Source: a virus
Lineage: Duplodnaviria > Caudoviricetes
DNA length: 46,673 nucleotides
Reading direction: 5' to 3' (one strand)
Virus record (IMG/VR): IMGVR_UViG_3300030376_006145
Span: 1-46,673 of that record
The notes beneath the pieces are model-generated. The model was not told where the DNA came from. It did no database searches and saw only the letters and a program-made list of their open reading frames with translations. Positions 1 to 10,589 of the stretch are shown piece after piece. A program made the position numbers and the translations under genes. Position 1 is the stretch's first letter. The number at the start of each line of letters is the position of its first letter.

Positions 1-3000
1 AAAGTAGATGGCTGTAGTAGAATCAAATACCTCACTAAGACTGTTATCAGCGTTTACGTATTTCTTTTTTCCGTCTTTTTTGTCATAAGTAATGACAGTT
101 CCCCAGATATCTTCGTTTTGATCAAAGCCTTCTATGTCTTCATCCTGTAACATAAAAGCATCCCCAGATTGAAATAACTCTACCCTAGAGTTTCTTGCTA
201 CTTCAGGATTAAACTGTAACCATCTATGATATCTTCTTTGAGACTTAATAGGATTTGGCATATCCCCAGGCATATCACTGCCTGCATTTCTATTAAAGAC
301 TTCCCAGTATGAAGGTTTTGCAGAGTCTCGATTAGCCTCTTTAACTTTATCTTCTGCTTTAGGATCAGTCTCTACTTCTCCAGGACTTGCAACACTTCCT
401 GCCTTTTCTATAGTAGTTGGGGTATCGCTTTCTGCAGTAGGGTCCCCTGTTTCACTAGAGACATCTTTTTTTCTTTGTTCAGTAGTAACTTTTGATCTAG
501 CAACTTTTACTACATCTAAAAAGTCCATGAGCTCTTTTCTGTGCTCAAGGTCTGCAATCTCTGCTCTCTTTTGTCTTTCTTTTCTAAGGCCGGCTCCGAT
601 GTAGATCATTCTCTCTATCATAGACTTTCTCTTAGCTTCAAACTCTAACAAGGTTTTAATAATCTTGTCAGCTTTTTCTATGGCTGCAGGAGTGTCAGCA
701 TCTAGTGCATCTAAGTTTTCTTCTAGAGTCTTAATAACTCCATCAACATCAGCGAGCATCTCTTCTATCATTTGGATAGCAAGCTCTCTTTCTTTTACTT
801 CTGTGTCTATGTTTTTATGAAGAGCTCTAAGATCCTCTAGGCTTACAGCGTCTTCAATAGGAATACCTAAAGCCCTGATACTTTCTACTCTTTCGGCATA
901 GACTTCATCTGCAGATACAGTAACTTCAGTTTCTCTGCCGGTATTTCTAAACAGAGTAATAAACTTGTCTTTGCCTAATGCTGATATCTTACGTCTTTGT
1001 ACTCTAATATATTCTACACGAAGAAGATCATCATTAAGACCATCTACATCAAGAAGTTTTCCATTAGCATCTTTGATCTTTTCTTTTTTAAGCTCATCCC
1101 TCATTTGTTTTGGGTCGAACTTTACGTTTTCTATTTCTTTTGAAGGAAATATTCCAACTGAAGATGGGTCGTTATAAGGAATGCCTGCACTCTTATATAC
1201 ACCTGCTTTTACAGAAGTAGCTTGCTCATTTCTATCTTGAACATAAGGCTTTTCTTCTTCTAGCTTTTCTACGTAAAGCTGTTTTGCATTATCTGCTTTT
1301 CTTTTAAGATCTCTAATACGATCAGCTCCTTCTGGAGTAGACTGCATTCTTGCTTGGATAGCTTCTTCAGTCTTAAGAGCGTCCGCAGCTTCTTCAGACG
1401 CAACACGTAAACTGGTAAGTTCTTCTGATTCTGCTTCAGCTTTTTGAGCTTCTCTTGTAAGGAAGTCTACTTTTTGTTCATCACTTAGACCCAGGTTAGG
1501 TAAGTCATAAACTCTCTTTTCAAACTCTGGAACAAACTTAGATTCAGGAAGCATGTCCTCAATCATTTCTAGTACTTCATCAAGAGAAAAGTATTTAACG
1601 TCTTTGTCTAAGTCAGCTCTATACTCTTCTAACCTTTCTATAGCTCTCTCGTATCTATTTAGATCTTCTTTAAGATCTTTAAGACCTTCTTTTTGTTTTT
1701 CTATGTTATCTCTAATATCCTTAGAGCTTTTTTTAATTTCTTCTAAGCCTTCTTTAAGTCCCTTTATTTTAGTTTCGTATCCTATAAGGATATTAAGCAG
1801 CTTGTCTGCAGTTTTAGTATCTCCTTTCTTTAGAGCAGACTCAAGATTACTTTTAAGCGCAGCCATAGCTCTTTTGGCGTACTTTATACTCTTAGTATCT
1901 GTAATCTTTTGAAGAGACATCTCTTTAAGTTGTTCTTCAAAATTAGATATGTTCTTAGAAAACACAATAGACTCTGAGGCAAGACCTCTGTCTTTAGCCT
2001 CCAGCTCAGCCCATAGCCTGTCAAAGGCCATACCGTACTCTTTAATGAGCTGCTCTTTTATTTTCTTAATATCATTCTTACGCTGATGTATTTTATCACG
2101 AAGAGCTTCTCTGACATAAACATTAGTTATTCCATCAAGTCTTTGAGATATCTCATCTAAAGAAGATACGGTAAACATACTTGCTAAATAACCTAAGTCT
2201 CCATCTTTAGTACTAGTATAAAATAATCCAGCAATCCTTTCTATTTGAGCTTGCAGAGGAGCATCGTTTTGATTAGGAGCTAGATCATTAAGTGTTTTAA
2301 TTGCTCTATCAAGCCTGTCTCTTAAAGTAGGGTCAAAGTATTTGTTTAATAACTTCTCAGCTCTACCAAATAGATTTCTAAATACTAAAGGTTCTTGAGC
2401 ATTTTTCTTTTCAAGAAGAGCTTTTTCGTCTGAAGTAAGATCTTTTTCTGCAATAACTCTTTTTCCTCCAGGTTTTTTTGAGTCTTTGTCGTCAGCAGTT
2501 AATCTTACAAGTACCCTTTTACCTCTTTTGTCGAGAATGTATCCAAACTCTGAAGCTTTTTTAGTTTCAAGCTTGTAAGTATTTACTTCATTAAAGTCTA
2601 TAGTAAACCTTTCAACTCCTCTCTCATTACTAACAAGGCTGTAATCTTTACCCATAAGGTCTTCTAACTTGACATCCTTTCTTTTAGTAATGTCTCTTCC
2701 TACTCCAGGAACAAACTCATTAAGGGTGTAAGTAGTCTTGCCGTCTTTAGTGTCGTAAGAATAGATCTCATAATTAATCTTACGTCCTGTTTTAGGATCA
2801 GTATGTTGTACAACAGAGCCTACAGTAAAAGATTTAGCAGCCTGTATTTTTTTATACTCTTCTAGTTTCTCAAGACTTTCAGCATAAGTACGCTGCATAA
2901 TCTCAGGACTTTTATTATTTCTGTAAGTCTCAGTATAAAGCTCAGTAAAAGTTCTTAGACGTTGGGACATCTTCACAGCGTCCATTACATCATCACGTAC

Positions 3001-5352
3001 ATTTTCAGCAGCGAATGGATTTTCTTTAGCAAAGTTGTCAAATGCTTCCATGAACATTGACTCATCACCGGTTTCAAGAATACTAAAGTTAAATAGAGAA
3101 GTTCCTTTAGTATCAGGCTTCTCTCTTTTAGATAGTATCTGGGCTTTCTTTTGCTTGTCAGCTTCAGCTTGCTTTTCTTTTAACTGCTTTCTTTCTTCTT
3201 CAGTTAAAGAAGCATTTGCGATGCCGGTTTCTCCTTCTTTAAGGATTCTTAAAACTCTTTTAGAGCTTCCTTTCTCACCTTTAAAAGAAGAGTCTATTAC
3301 AAAACCATATGTATCTAAAGGAGCTTGGGTCTGTATAGCTGTAGTAAAAGACTTACTTAATTCTTCAAGTACATTAGTTTTAATTTCTTGAAGTCTCTTC
3401 TGCCCTCTTTCAATAGTATAAGCATAGTGTACAAGGTTAGGGATAAGAGCCCTGTTGATTTTATTACCTGCTTTAATCTCAAGATTATCTCTGATGTCTA
3501 GGATTTTATTAATATCCTCTTTCATCATAGTAGATCTATTAGAAAGCATCTCTTTGATCTTACTGTCTTCTACTCCTTCAAAGATGTCGTACTTTTCTTG
3601 ATCTTCAGACATTTCTTTTTTAATGTCCTCTGGAAGGTTCTTTGTGTCTACAGACATTAAATCTCTGTAGTCTGAAACTTCCATACGACTAAGATCTCCT
3701 ATATCTGATTTAAGATCATCTAGCTTTCCTGCATCAGCAAAGGACAATACCATGTTTAAGAACTGGTCATCCTCTGCGTTTTTAAAGTTGAACAGGTCTT
3801 CGTTAGCAAGAGCTATCTGCTTAGTACGTTCAAGGGAAAGGTCACGAGTTAAGAAAGCAAGACGTTTCTGATATTCAGGATCCTGCATAAACTCATTAAG
3901 ATTCTTTATTGCTGTGTCTGTGTTTTTATTTTTTTCTTTATAATCACGTATACCTTCAAACACACCTCCTTGCATTTGGAATTGAGTTTTACCATCATTT
4001 GCAGTAACTCCCGGCATACCTAATCCACCAGTAACAAACCCTGCAAAGAAGTTATCATAGGTATCTATGTTACCATAAGATTCAGAAAACCCATATATAA
4101 GAGCTTCTATAGTATTATCAATGTAGCCTCTTGCTTCTGGATCATTTTGAAGTTCCATAAATTTTTCAGAGAACTGAGTATTGAAGAATTGCTGCATCTC
4201 CTCCATACCTTCCGTAGCGGGATTTAAAGCGATTGCTCCAATGTTCTTAGCCTTTTCAAGTCTACCTCCAGTAGCTTTATAAAGTCTATCGTCAGCAGAT
4301 CTTTGAATTGCATTCATAGATCTTTTATTGACCTCGTATCCTCGAGAAAATGCATTACGGAATTGAGAATAGTTACCTAAGCTAAGAGTAGCCATATCTA
4401 ATCCAAAGACAATATTAGCTGCAGAAACTGCTTGCTTATTAGCTTCTTCTGGAGATAGTCCTGGGTTCTCTTTTTTAAGCTTATCTATAGTATCATGGTA
4501 CATATGAAGAGCCTCTATACGAGACTCACCTACAGCACCTAACGTAGAGGAGGCTATTTGATTAGCACTGTTAATTCCTTTAAGTAGCCGTGCATCTTTT
4601 TTAAGCTCTGTAAGTAATTTATCAGTTGGCAGCTCGCCTGCCTTCATCATTCTTAAAACCTCGTCTTCATTTTTACCTAACTCCTTTGCCATACGGCCAG
4701 CAATATTCTTAGATGCTTTTTTAGTTAGGCCGGAGGTAAGGGCAGCAAATCCTCGAGACACTCCCATACCAGATAGATATGCGCCTAGTGCAAATCCGGT
4801 ATTCTTAAGCATAGTATCTGCCCAGAAGTTAGCAGTGCCTAAATTATTATACCATGGAGAGTGTTGTTCCTTTCTAGTATAGTAGTTAGGAAACTCTTTC
4901 TCCATCTTCTTTGTGAAGTCGTATAGAGCTGCAGATACAGGATTGTTTATAAATCCTTCTCCAAAACCTCCTCCTTTAGCCATAGAAGCTACTCCGTTAC
5001 CAAGCCCTACTATAGTTCCTAGAGTACCGTCTATAGCTGTAGTACCGGCAAGGCCTAGCATCTTTACAGATGCGTTACCCCATTTGCTTGCAGAGGTCTG
5101 TCTTTTTGCACGGACCTCATAAGGGTCCATATAAGAAGTAACCCTGAAATCAAACTCATCAGGGTTTATTGCTCCCATTTTATCTCCTATAAACCCTCCA
5201 GTGTCCATAGGAGCAAACTCTTCTGCTACTCCTGCAGCATTAAAAGGTTTAAAAGCACTAGTAGATTCTCCTGGTTTTACAGGATTACCGTTGTTGTCAA
5301 TTTGGTTTGAGCCCAAATCTTCAAGAGAGAAGGCTTTAAATCCGTTTGCCAT
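1..5352 (-). CDS. Giant virion cargo/ejection protein (crAss-like RNA-polymerase-cluster giant protein), truncated at window edge, >1784 aa
   Basis: Not in the ORF track, presumably because no stop lies in the window. ATG at 5352 reads MANGFKAFSLEDLGSNQ...RAKRQTSASKWGNASVKMLGLAGTTAIDGTLG...NFWADTMLKNTGFALGAYLSG. The same frame is open at 60-1 (...YVNADNSLSEVFDSTTAIYF). It follows the muzzle and cargo genes as in crAss-like phages. I did not translate the middle codon by codon and noticed no RNAP catalytic motif. Confidence 0.8.
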   Translation of the reverse strand, partial: MANGFKAFSLEDLGSNQIDNNGNPVKPGESTSAFKPFNAAGVAEEFAPMDTGGFIGDKMGAINPDEFDFRVTSYMDPYEVRAKRQTSASKWGNASVKMLGLAGTTAIDGTLGTIVGLGNGVASMAKGGGFGEGFINNPVSAALYDFTKKMEKEFPNYYTRKEQHSPWYNNLGTANFWADTMLKNTGFALGAYLSGMGVSRGFAALTSGLTKKASKNIAGRMAKELGKNEDEVLRMMKAGELPTDKLLTELKKDARLLKGINSANQIASSTLGAVGESRIEALHMYHDTIDKLKKENPGLSPEEANKQAVSAANIVFGLDMATLSLGNYSQFRNAFSRGYEVNKRSMNAIQRSADDRLYKATGGRLEKAKNIGAIALNPATEGMEEMQQFFNTQFSEKFMELQNDPEARGYIDNTIEALIYGFSESYGNIDTYDNFFAGFVTGGLGMPGVTANDGKTQFQMQGGVFEGIRDYKEKNKNTDTAIKNLNEFMQDPEYQKRLAFLTRDLSLERTKQIALANEDLFNFKNAEDDQFLNMVLSFADAGKLDDLKSDIGDLSRMEVSDYRDLMSVDTKNLPEDIKKEMSEDQEKYDIFEGVEDSKIKEMLSNRSTMMKEDINKILDIRDNLEIKAGNKINRALIPNLVHYAYTIERGQKRLQEIKTNVLEELSKSFTTAIQTQAPLDTYGFVIDSSFKGEKGSSKRVLRILKEGETGIANASLTEEERKQLKEKQAEADKQKKAQILSKREKPDTKGTSLFNFSILETGDESMFMEAFDNFAKENPFAAENVRDDVMDAVKMSQRLRTFTELYTETYRNNKSPEIMQRTYAESLEKLEEYKKIQAAKSFTVGSVVQHTDPKTGRKINYEIYSYDTKDGKTTYTLNEFVPGVGRDITKRKDVKLEDLMGKDYSLVSNERGVERFTIDFNEVNTYKLETKKASEFGYILDKRGKRVLVRLTADDKDSKKPGGKRVIAEKDLTSDEKALLEKKNAQEPLVFRNLFGRAEKLLNKYFDPTLRDRLDRAIKTLNDLAPNQNDAPLQAQIERIAGLFYTSTKDGDLGYLASMFTVSSLDEISQRLDGITNVYVREALRDKIHQRKNDIKKIKEQLIKEYGMAFDRLWAELEAKDRGLASESIVFSKNISNFEEQLKEMSLQKITDTKSIKYAKRAMAALKSNLESALKKGDTKTADKLLNILIGYETKIKGLKEGLEEIKKSSKDIRDNIEKQKEGLKDLKEDLNRYERAIERLEEYRADLDKDVKYFSLDEVLEMIEDMLPESKFVPEFEKRVYDLPNLGLSDEQKVDFLTREAQKAEAESEELTSLRVASEEAADALKTEEAIQARMQSTPEGADRIRDLKRKADNAKQLYVEKLEEEKPYVQDRNEQATSVKAGVYKSAGIPYNDPSSVGIFPSKEIENVKFDPKQMRDELKKEKIKDANGKLLDVDGLNDDLLRVEYIRVQRRKISALGKDKFITLFRNTGRETEVTVSADEVYAERVESIRALGIPIEDAVSLEDLRALHKNIDTEVKERELAIQMIEEMLADVDGVIKTLEENLDALDADTPAAIEKADKIIKTLLEFEAKRKSMIERMIYIGAGLRKERQKRAEIADLEHRKELMDFLDVVKVARSKVTTEQRKKDVSSETGDPTAESDTPTTIEKAGSVASPGEVETDPKAEDKVKEANRDSAKPSYWEVFNRNAGSDMPGDMPNPIKSQRRYHRWLQFNPEVARNSRVELFQSGDAFMLQDEDIEGFDQNEDIWGTVITYDKKDGKKKYVNADNSLSEVFDSTTAIYF

Positions 5353-5364
5353 TTAAAATGTTAT

Positions 5365-8300
5365 TTATGATTTGTTGTGGCTTCTTACTTTTTTAATAAT
5401 ATCCTCTAAAGTTCTTGCTTGTTTAAAAGCTTTATTAGATTCTCTAAGAGTTTTAGGATCTAGGTTTTTCATTCTTTCTTCTCCTATTCTTTCTACTCCT
5501 AAATCATAAGCTTCTTGTAAAGTAAGCTTTTGATCCATACCTGCAAATACAGGCATAAATACTGCGAAATAAAGATCATCTATACTTTTTACTTTACCTC
5601 CATTCTCATTTAAATAAGGGACCATTGCCTTTTCTACCTGTTCAGGTATACTCATCCTACCTAGCTCAGCAAAAGTAAACTTCTTTCCTCCAATAGTTTT
5701 AACTAGTTCATTTCCTTTATCTTTATAAAACTGTATAAGGCCTACTGCAGTTCCTGGACCTTGGTTTGCATTTCTTTGATTAGGGTGAAAGCTACTAGCA
5801 GTTTCAAAATCTATTATCTGCATAAGCTCGTCAATAGTTTCAGAGTCACTGTCTTCATATACGTCAGAGAATTTTTCTTTTATTTTTGAAACACTTGAGG
5901 ATATTGCTTCTCTAGCTTCTTTTTTCCTATCTACTATTTCTTTTGGAACCGGGGCTCCCATAAAGACTCCGTTCTCATCAAACATATTAGGATGCTTATG
6001 CTTAACTCCTGCAGCAGATATAGCAACTTGTGCAGCATACTCAGCAGCAGCATCGATAGGCATAGGATATCCTTCAGGTATACCAGGGTTGTTTTGGTAG
6101 TATAAATCCATAGCACTCACCTTGGTTATATTTCCATTCGCATCTTCTCCGAAAACAAAACCATCTAAGTGTATACCTTCGTTAGATTTTGTAACTTTTA
6201 CTTTAGTAGAAGGTCCATAATTTGAAGGAATAAATATGTCTCTACTTTGATTAACATCTAAAGTATATACATGATCTTTCATCATAGAGGATGCTTGGTA
6301 TATAAGTTCAATGTTTCCTGGAAATAAATCTTCTGCTATATCAGTAATATTTACATCAAAGTCATTAAACTTTGCTTCGGCCACAGCATCAGCTATTTCT
6401 TTATCTGCCTTGGCCGGGTTGTATATCATTTTTCCATAATACTGCGTTGATCCGTTAGGACCCTCATCCATGAAAGCAACCGTAAGTTGAAAATCATCAG
6501 GTCTTGCTCCAGTTTTTTCATATACATCCTGTAACAATTCTCCTCCTTTTTCTTCACTTCCTGCTTTACCTTCACTGTCTCTTAAAACTAAATCAGGATT
6601 ACCTCTTACATAAAATTGAGCAGCTCTGTCTGTTGGATTTCCTTCTTTACCTTCTTGGGTATTTAGAGCACGTCCCATTTTATACAAGTTGTTCTCTTTT
6701 AAGGTATCAGCCATATCTTTTTGAGCGTCAACATAAGTTTGATAGGCACTATAGTTTTTATTTTTTAGTAGCCCTAGTGCAATAGTAGGATTAATCTGTG
6801 TATCAACTACAGTTTTAAGTCTAGGATCTATATACTGAGCAAAAGATAATTGAACAAATTCAGGATTTGTTCTAAGCATGTTAACAGCATCTTCAGGAAT
6901 TTCTATGGGAGAGCCATCAGAATATTTACTTTCTGCTATTTTTTCTAAAACCTTATCAGCTATTTGATTTTCTGGAGTGTTTGGAAAAAGAAGATCGGAT
7001 TGAATAAATACTCCCATACCTTTAGTAATACCTACAGAATTCTCTTTACCATAAATACCATCAATAGTAGATTTAAGTAGCTCTTGATCTTCTACAAAAC
7101 GACTAATATCTCCACCAGTTCTTGCCTCGTCATCCCATGGTAAAAGTGAAGAAAGACTTTCAAAGAAACCTTCTGGTCTGCTTCCACTCGGACTGTTTAA
7201 TGCAATTCCTAATTTTTCTATTTCTGGTTTGTATTCAGTTTCTACTTCGTCCACTAATTCATTAAATGTTTTTCCTGTATTCCTTTTAACCTTTTCATCT
7301 ACTCCTTCAAGTAAAGACTCATAAAGTATCATATCTGATTTATATTCATCAAGCTCTCTTTTAGCAGCATTAAAATCTGCTTTCCATCTATTCTTTTTTC
7401 TTTCTGCTGGATCAGAAGGTATTACAGGTTCTCCAGTTTTTGCGTACACAAACTCAGGATTTTCTACCGTACTTCCTTCTTTTAATTTATATCCGGATCT
7501 TCCTAATTTTTTACCTGCTGCTTCTAATCTAGTATTTTCATCTTTAAGCATTGCTTTAATTCCTGAAGCAGGAGCATTTTCATTAATGTCATAAATTAGA
7601 TTCCTTTGGTCTTGTAAAGAAGATCTCTCTGCTTGTACTTCTAACTGCACTGTAGGTGTAGGAGGTGTATCAGTTTTTGAGCTGCTTCCACCCCTACCTC
7701 TACCAGAAACACCCATATCTGTAGTTGTTTGAGTGCTTCTATAAGGTATGAAAGATGCTGCCTGGTAAAGATCGTTTGCTAGATCTTCTTCATCATATGG
7801 ATTATCAGGATCCAATCTCTTACGCCTAGCCATTCTATATAGTACAGATTGCTTGTCAGTTTCAGAAATATCGCCTCTATATACATAGTCATTAATCAGG
7901 TCTTTTACACGCTCTTCAGATATTTCTATTACATTATTAGTTGCAGTCTCTTTATACTGTCCTGTATTCTGATCGTAATAAAAATTTGTAACACCAGACT
8001 CTTTTATATACTGTTCATGTATTTGACCAAGCTCTGCTGCAAAGTCTTCATACAAACCTGGGTCCTCCATAACTCCATAACCTCTAGCATCTATAGTAGC
8101 TTTTCCTGATTCTAAGTCATCTACATTTTCCTGTCTAAAAGCTCCAGTTTCATAATTCCAGTTAGGATTTTCAGCTCTATTTGCAAGCAATCTTTGATTA
8201 ACAGAAGTTTGGTTTGATAGGTTAGCGAGGCCTTGATCTGCTAATACTTGCTTAACAGCATTACTTTTATTGTAATCCTTATTAATGTTTCTTAGCTCAA

Positions 8301-8577
8301 AACCTGCTTGCTCTGGAGTAATAGCTCCTGTCATTATCTGATTAGTAAGATCAGAAGCCTTTCCTATATATTTTTTATTAAGATCTTTTGCTGCATCTAA
8401 AGTACGAGCTCCTCCCATCAACATCTTTTGTTCTGAAAACTCGTCAACAGCAGCAAGAGTCCTATCAAGGGACTGTTGTTTCATTAAACCTGCTTGAAGT
8501 ATCTGATCAAACGGCATAGGCCGTTCAATAGGATTGTAGGGCATTAATGTCCTATCGAAATATCTGTTTACTGCCAT
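5365..8577 (-). CDS. Virion cargo protein with C-terminal lysozyme/lytic-transglycosylase-like domain
   Basis: Likely start MAVNRYF at 8577, 2 nt after the upstream TAA. The C-terminus has ELMQIIDFETASSF...AVGLIQF...DLYFAVFMP, a lysozyme-superfamily pattern (catalytic Glu, then GLxQ). Confidence 0.75.
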   Translation of the reverse strand: MAVNRYFDRTLMPYNPIERPMPFDQILQAGLMKQQSLDRTLAAVDEFSEQKMLMGGARTLDAAKDLNKKYIGKASDLTNQIMTGAITPEQAGFELRNINKDYNKSNAVKQVLADQGLANLSNQTSVNQRLLANRAENPNWNYETGAFRQENVDDLESGKATIDARGYGVMEDPGLYEDFAAELGQIHEQYIKESGVTNFYYDQNTGQYKETATNNVIEISEERVKDLINDYVYRGDISETDKQSVLYRMARRKRLDPDNPYDEEDLANDLYQAASFIPYRSTQTTTDMGVSGRGRGGSSSKTDTPPTPTVQLEVQAERSSLQDQRNLIYDINENAPASGIKAMLKDENTRLEAAGKKLGRSGYKLKEGSTVENPEFVYAKTGEPVIPSDPAERKKNRWKADFNAAKRELDEYKSDMILYESLLEGVDEKVKRNTGKTFNELVDEVETEYKPEIEKLGIALNSPSGSRPEGFFESLSSLLPWDDEARTGGDISRFVEDQELLKSTIDGIYGKENSVGITKGMGVFIQSDLLFPNTPENQIADKVLEKIAESKYSDGSPIEIPEDAVNMLRTNPEFVQLSFAQYIDPRLKTVVDTQINPTIALGLLKNKNYSAYQTYVDAQKDMADTLKENNLYKMGRALNTQEGKEGNPTDRAAQFYVRGNPDLVLRDSEGKAGSEEKGGELLQDVYEKTGARPDDFQLTVAFMDEGPNGSTQYYGKMIYNPAKADKEIADAVAEAKFNDFDVNITDIAEDLFPGNIELIYQASSMMKDHVYTLDVNQSRDIFIPSNYGPSTKVKVTKSNEGIHLDGFVFGEDANGNITKVSAMDLYYQNNPGIPEGYPMPIDAAAEYAAQVAISAAGVKHKHPNMFDENGVFMGAPVPKEIVDRKKEAREAISSSVSKIKEKFSDVYEDSDSETIDELMQIIDFETASSFHPNQRNANQGPGTAVGLIQFYKDKGNELVKTIGGKKFTFAELGRMSIPEQVEKAMVPYLNENGGKVKSIDDLYFAVFMPVFAGMDQKLTLQEAYDLGVERIGEERMKNLDPKTLRESNKAFKQARTLEDIIKKVRSHNKS

Positions 8578-8579
8578 TG

Positions 8580-10589
8580 TTATTTTCCTTGTGATTGATC
8601 TCCTGTAAATACCCACTGACCATCTACTAAACTGTAGTGAGGGAAATACCCGTCAAGTAGTTTATACATTTGTTTGTTCTCTCGCCTTTGATTAATATCA
8701 ATAGCAAGGTTATTAATATTTTGACCTATCTGTGAAATAGAGTCATAGTATTGTTTTTGAGCGGCTGCTTTGTTTTGAGCATTTATATCATCTGCATTCA
8801 TTCTCATCTGAGCATTGAATTGATCTGCAGAGTTAATAATCTGAGCATTTACATTCTGCTCTTTCTCGTAAGTAGGAGCCATTTGTTGAAGCTCCTGCCC
8901 TGCTAGAAAAGCTTCTCGGGTTATATCTCCCCTGCCTCTCATTCTATTTTCATAAGCAACTCGGTTCATCCTAGTCTCTATATCTCTTCTTTGTTGATCT
9001 AAAGAAATAAGTTCTGGATCTACAGTGTATCTTTCTGGATCTACTTGATCTGCACGTTTACCTTCATTAGCAAGATACATTATGTTTCCTATGTTGGAAG
9101 CAATACCGGCACCTGCAAGAGTAGCCATACCTAAATAATCAGGCTTACCGTCTCTATTCTTGTCTTTACTTCCAGCATCTTTTTCTCCAGTAGGGTCTTC
9201 AGGAAGATCTACTTCAACTGGTCCTTTAAGAGCAGCTTTATCAGTTACGACATCTATGCCGGGGAAAGGCTTAGTAGCCATAGGGGTTGTTGGGTTTGTA
9301 CCTAATGGATTACCTACATCAGGAAGAACATCGTAATCAGTTCTAGTAGCAAAAGGCCTATTACCAGAATACCTAGGCAGTCCTGCTTCTGGATAAGGAT
9401 TATAGTTAGTAAGATCTTGCCCAGGATTTAACCCATATGTAGTAAGCAGATTTGAGTTGTCCGTAACTTCAGCTAGACGGAGCAAATCATTATAGGCTAT
9501 CTCAGACTCTTGATTTAAATACTTTTCCATTCCAGGCTGACCTAATAGATTACTAATAAAATCTACAGAATACTCATCTAAGTTGCCTCTTTGTAGTAAC
9601 CTTTCTAGTTCACTTGGCGAAAGTTCAGATTCAAAAGGTGCGTTAGCAGACGGTGTTGCATAAGGAGCACCCTCTTCAAATGGCATACCTGCTTGTGCCA
9701 AAGGAATTGCTTCAGGATCCATAGCTTGTTCAGGAGTAGGTGCTTGTTGCATCTGAGGTTGTTGCATTCCACCACCTTGTCCTTGTAGCATTTGCATCAT
9801 AGCCATATTTTCATTTAGAGCCTGTGCTTGCTCTGGTGCAGCTTCTTGTGGAGGGCCATCAGGAAACTGCTCTTCCATAACTCTCTGGGCTTCTTGCTTA
9901 AGTGCAAGCTGCTCCATCTTTTCTTTAATCTCGTCCTGTACTCTTGTATTATTAGGATCGTTCTTAGCTATCTTTTTTAATTTATTAGCTAGCTCTTGAT
10001 ATTCTTTACCAGACTCAGGCTCTATCTTATCTCCTAAGATAACTGCACTTTTATCTTGTGGCTGTCCTACAGGCTGCTGAGGAGCATTTTGTACAGGCAT
10101 TCCTTGCTGTTGAGGCATACCCTGTTGTGGAGGTCCCGCCATAGCCATAGCTTCTGGTCCTCCCATCTGCATTATCATTTCTTCCATACCACCTGCTTGA
10201 GCAAACTGCATAGCATCTGCAATACCAGTTATTTCTGATAACTTATCAGTAGGTACAAAAGTTCTAGTCTCTTCATTTTGTGCTAGACGTGGATTATCCC
10301 CACCCTCTCCTAACATAATACCTCTTGAATTTGTGTTAGACTTTCCAGGCTGTTGATTTTTTTCAAAGTCATGGTAGTCCCCATTAAAAGATACATAAGG
10401 CATTACTGCGTTACCATCTAACTCTCCGCCACCGGACTGATAGCTTTTTACTACACCACCAGTTCTATAGTATTCTAGCATATCCATAGATTCAGGACTT
10501 AAAAACTTATTATAGTCTATGATCTGATCATCTACTGAGAATGGAGTGACTTCGGCCCCACCTTCTTGATATTTCTTTTTCTTTTTCAT
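8580..10589 (-). CDS. Virion cargo (internal/ejection) protein, Q/M/P-rich, with repeated xxGG motifs
   Basis: 669 aa, downstream of the muzzle gene. Low-complexity Q/P/M tracts, helical A/Q/N-rich C-terminus, motifs YQEGG, YRTGG, YQSGG, AQAGG, MQMGG. Confidence 0.65.
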   Translation of the reverse strand: MKKKKKYQEGGAEVTPFSVDDQIIDYNKFLSPESMDMLEYYRTGGVVKSYQSGGGELDGNAVMPYVSFNGDYHDFEKNQQPGKSNTNSRGIMLGEGGDNPRLAQNEETRTFVPTDKLSEITGIADAMQFAQAGGMEEMIMQMGGPEAMAMAGPPQQGMPQQQGMPVQNAPQQPVGQPQDKSAVILGDKIEPESGKEYQELANKLKKIAKNDPNNTRVQDEIKEKMEQLALKQEAQRVMEEQFPDGPPQEAAPEQAQALNENMAMMQMLQGQGGGMQQPQMQQAPTPEQAMDPEAIPLAQAGMPFEEGAPYATPSANAPFESELSPSELERLLQRGNLDEYSVDFISNLLGQPGMEKYLNQESEIAYNDLLRLAEVTDNSNLLTTYGLNPGQDLTNYNPYPEAGLPRYSGNRPFATRTDYDVLPDVGNPLGTNPTTPMATKPFPGIDVVTDKAALKGPVEVDLPEDPTGEKDAGSKDKNRDGKPDYLGMATLAGAGIASNIGNIMYLANEGKRADQVDPERYTVDPELISLDQQRRDIETRMNRVAYENRMRGRGDITREAFLAGQELQQMAPTYEKEQNVNAQIINSADQFNAQMRMNADDINAQNKAAAQKQYYDSISQIGQNINNLAIDINQRRENKQMYKLLDGYFPHYSLVDGQWVFTGDQSQGK

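Noticed and set aside
9720-10200. CAG/CAA-rich quasi-repeats (also at 37990-38060)
   Set aside because: Explained by Gln/Pro/Met-rich low-complexity protein linkers rather than a DNA repeat element.
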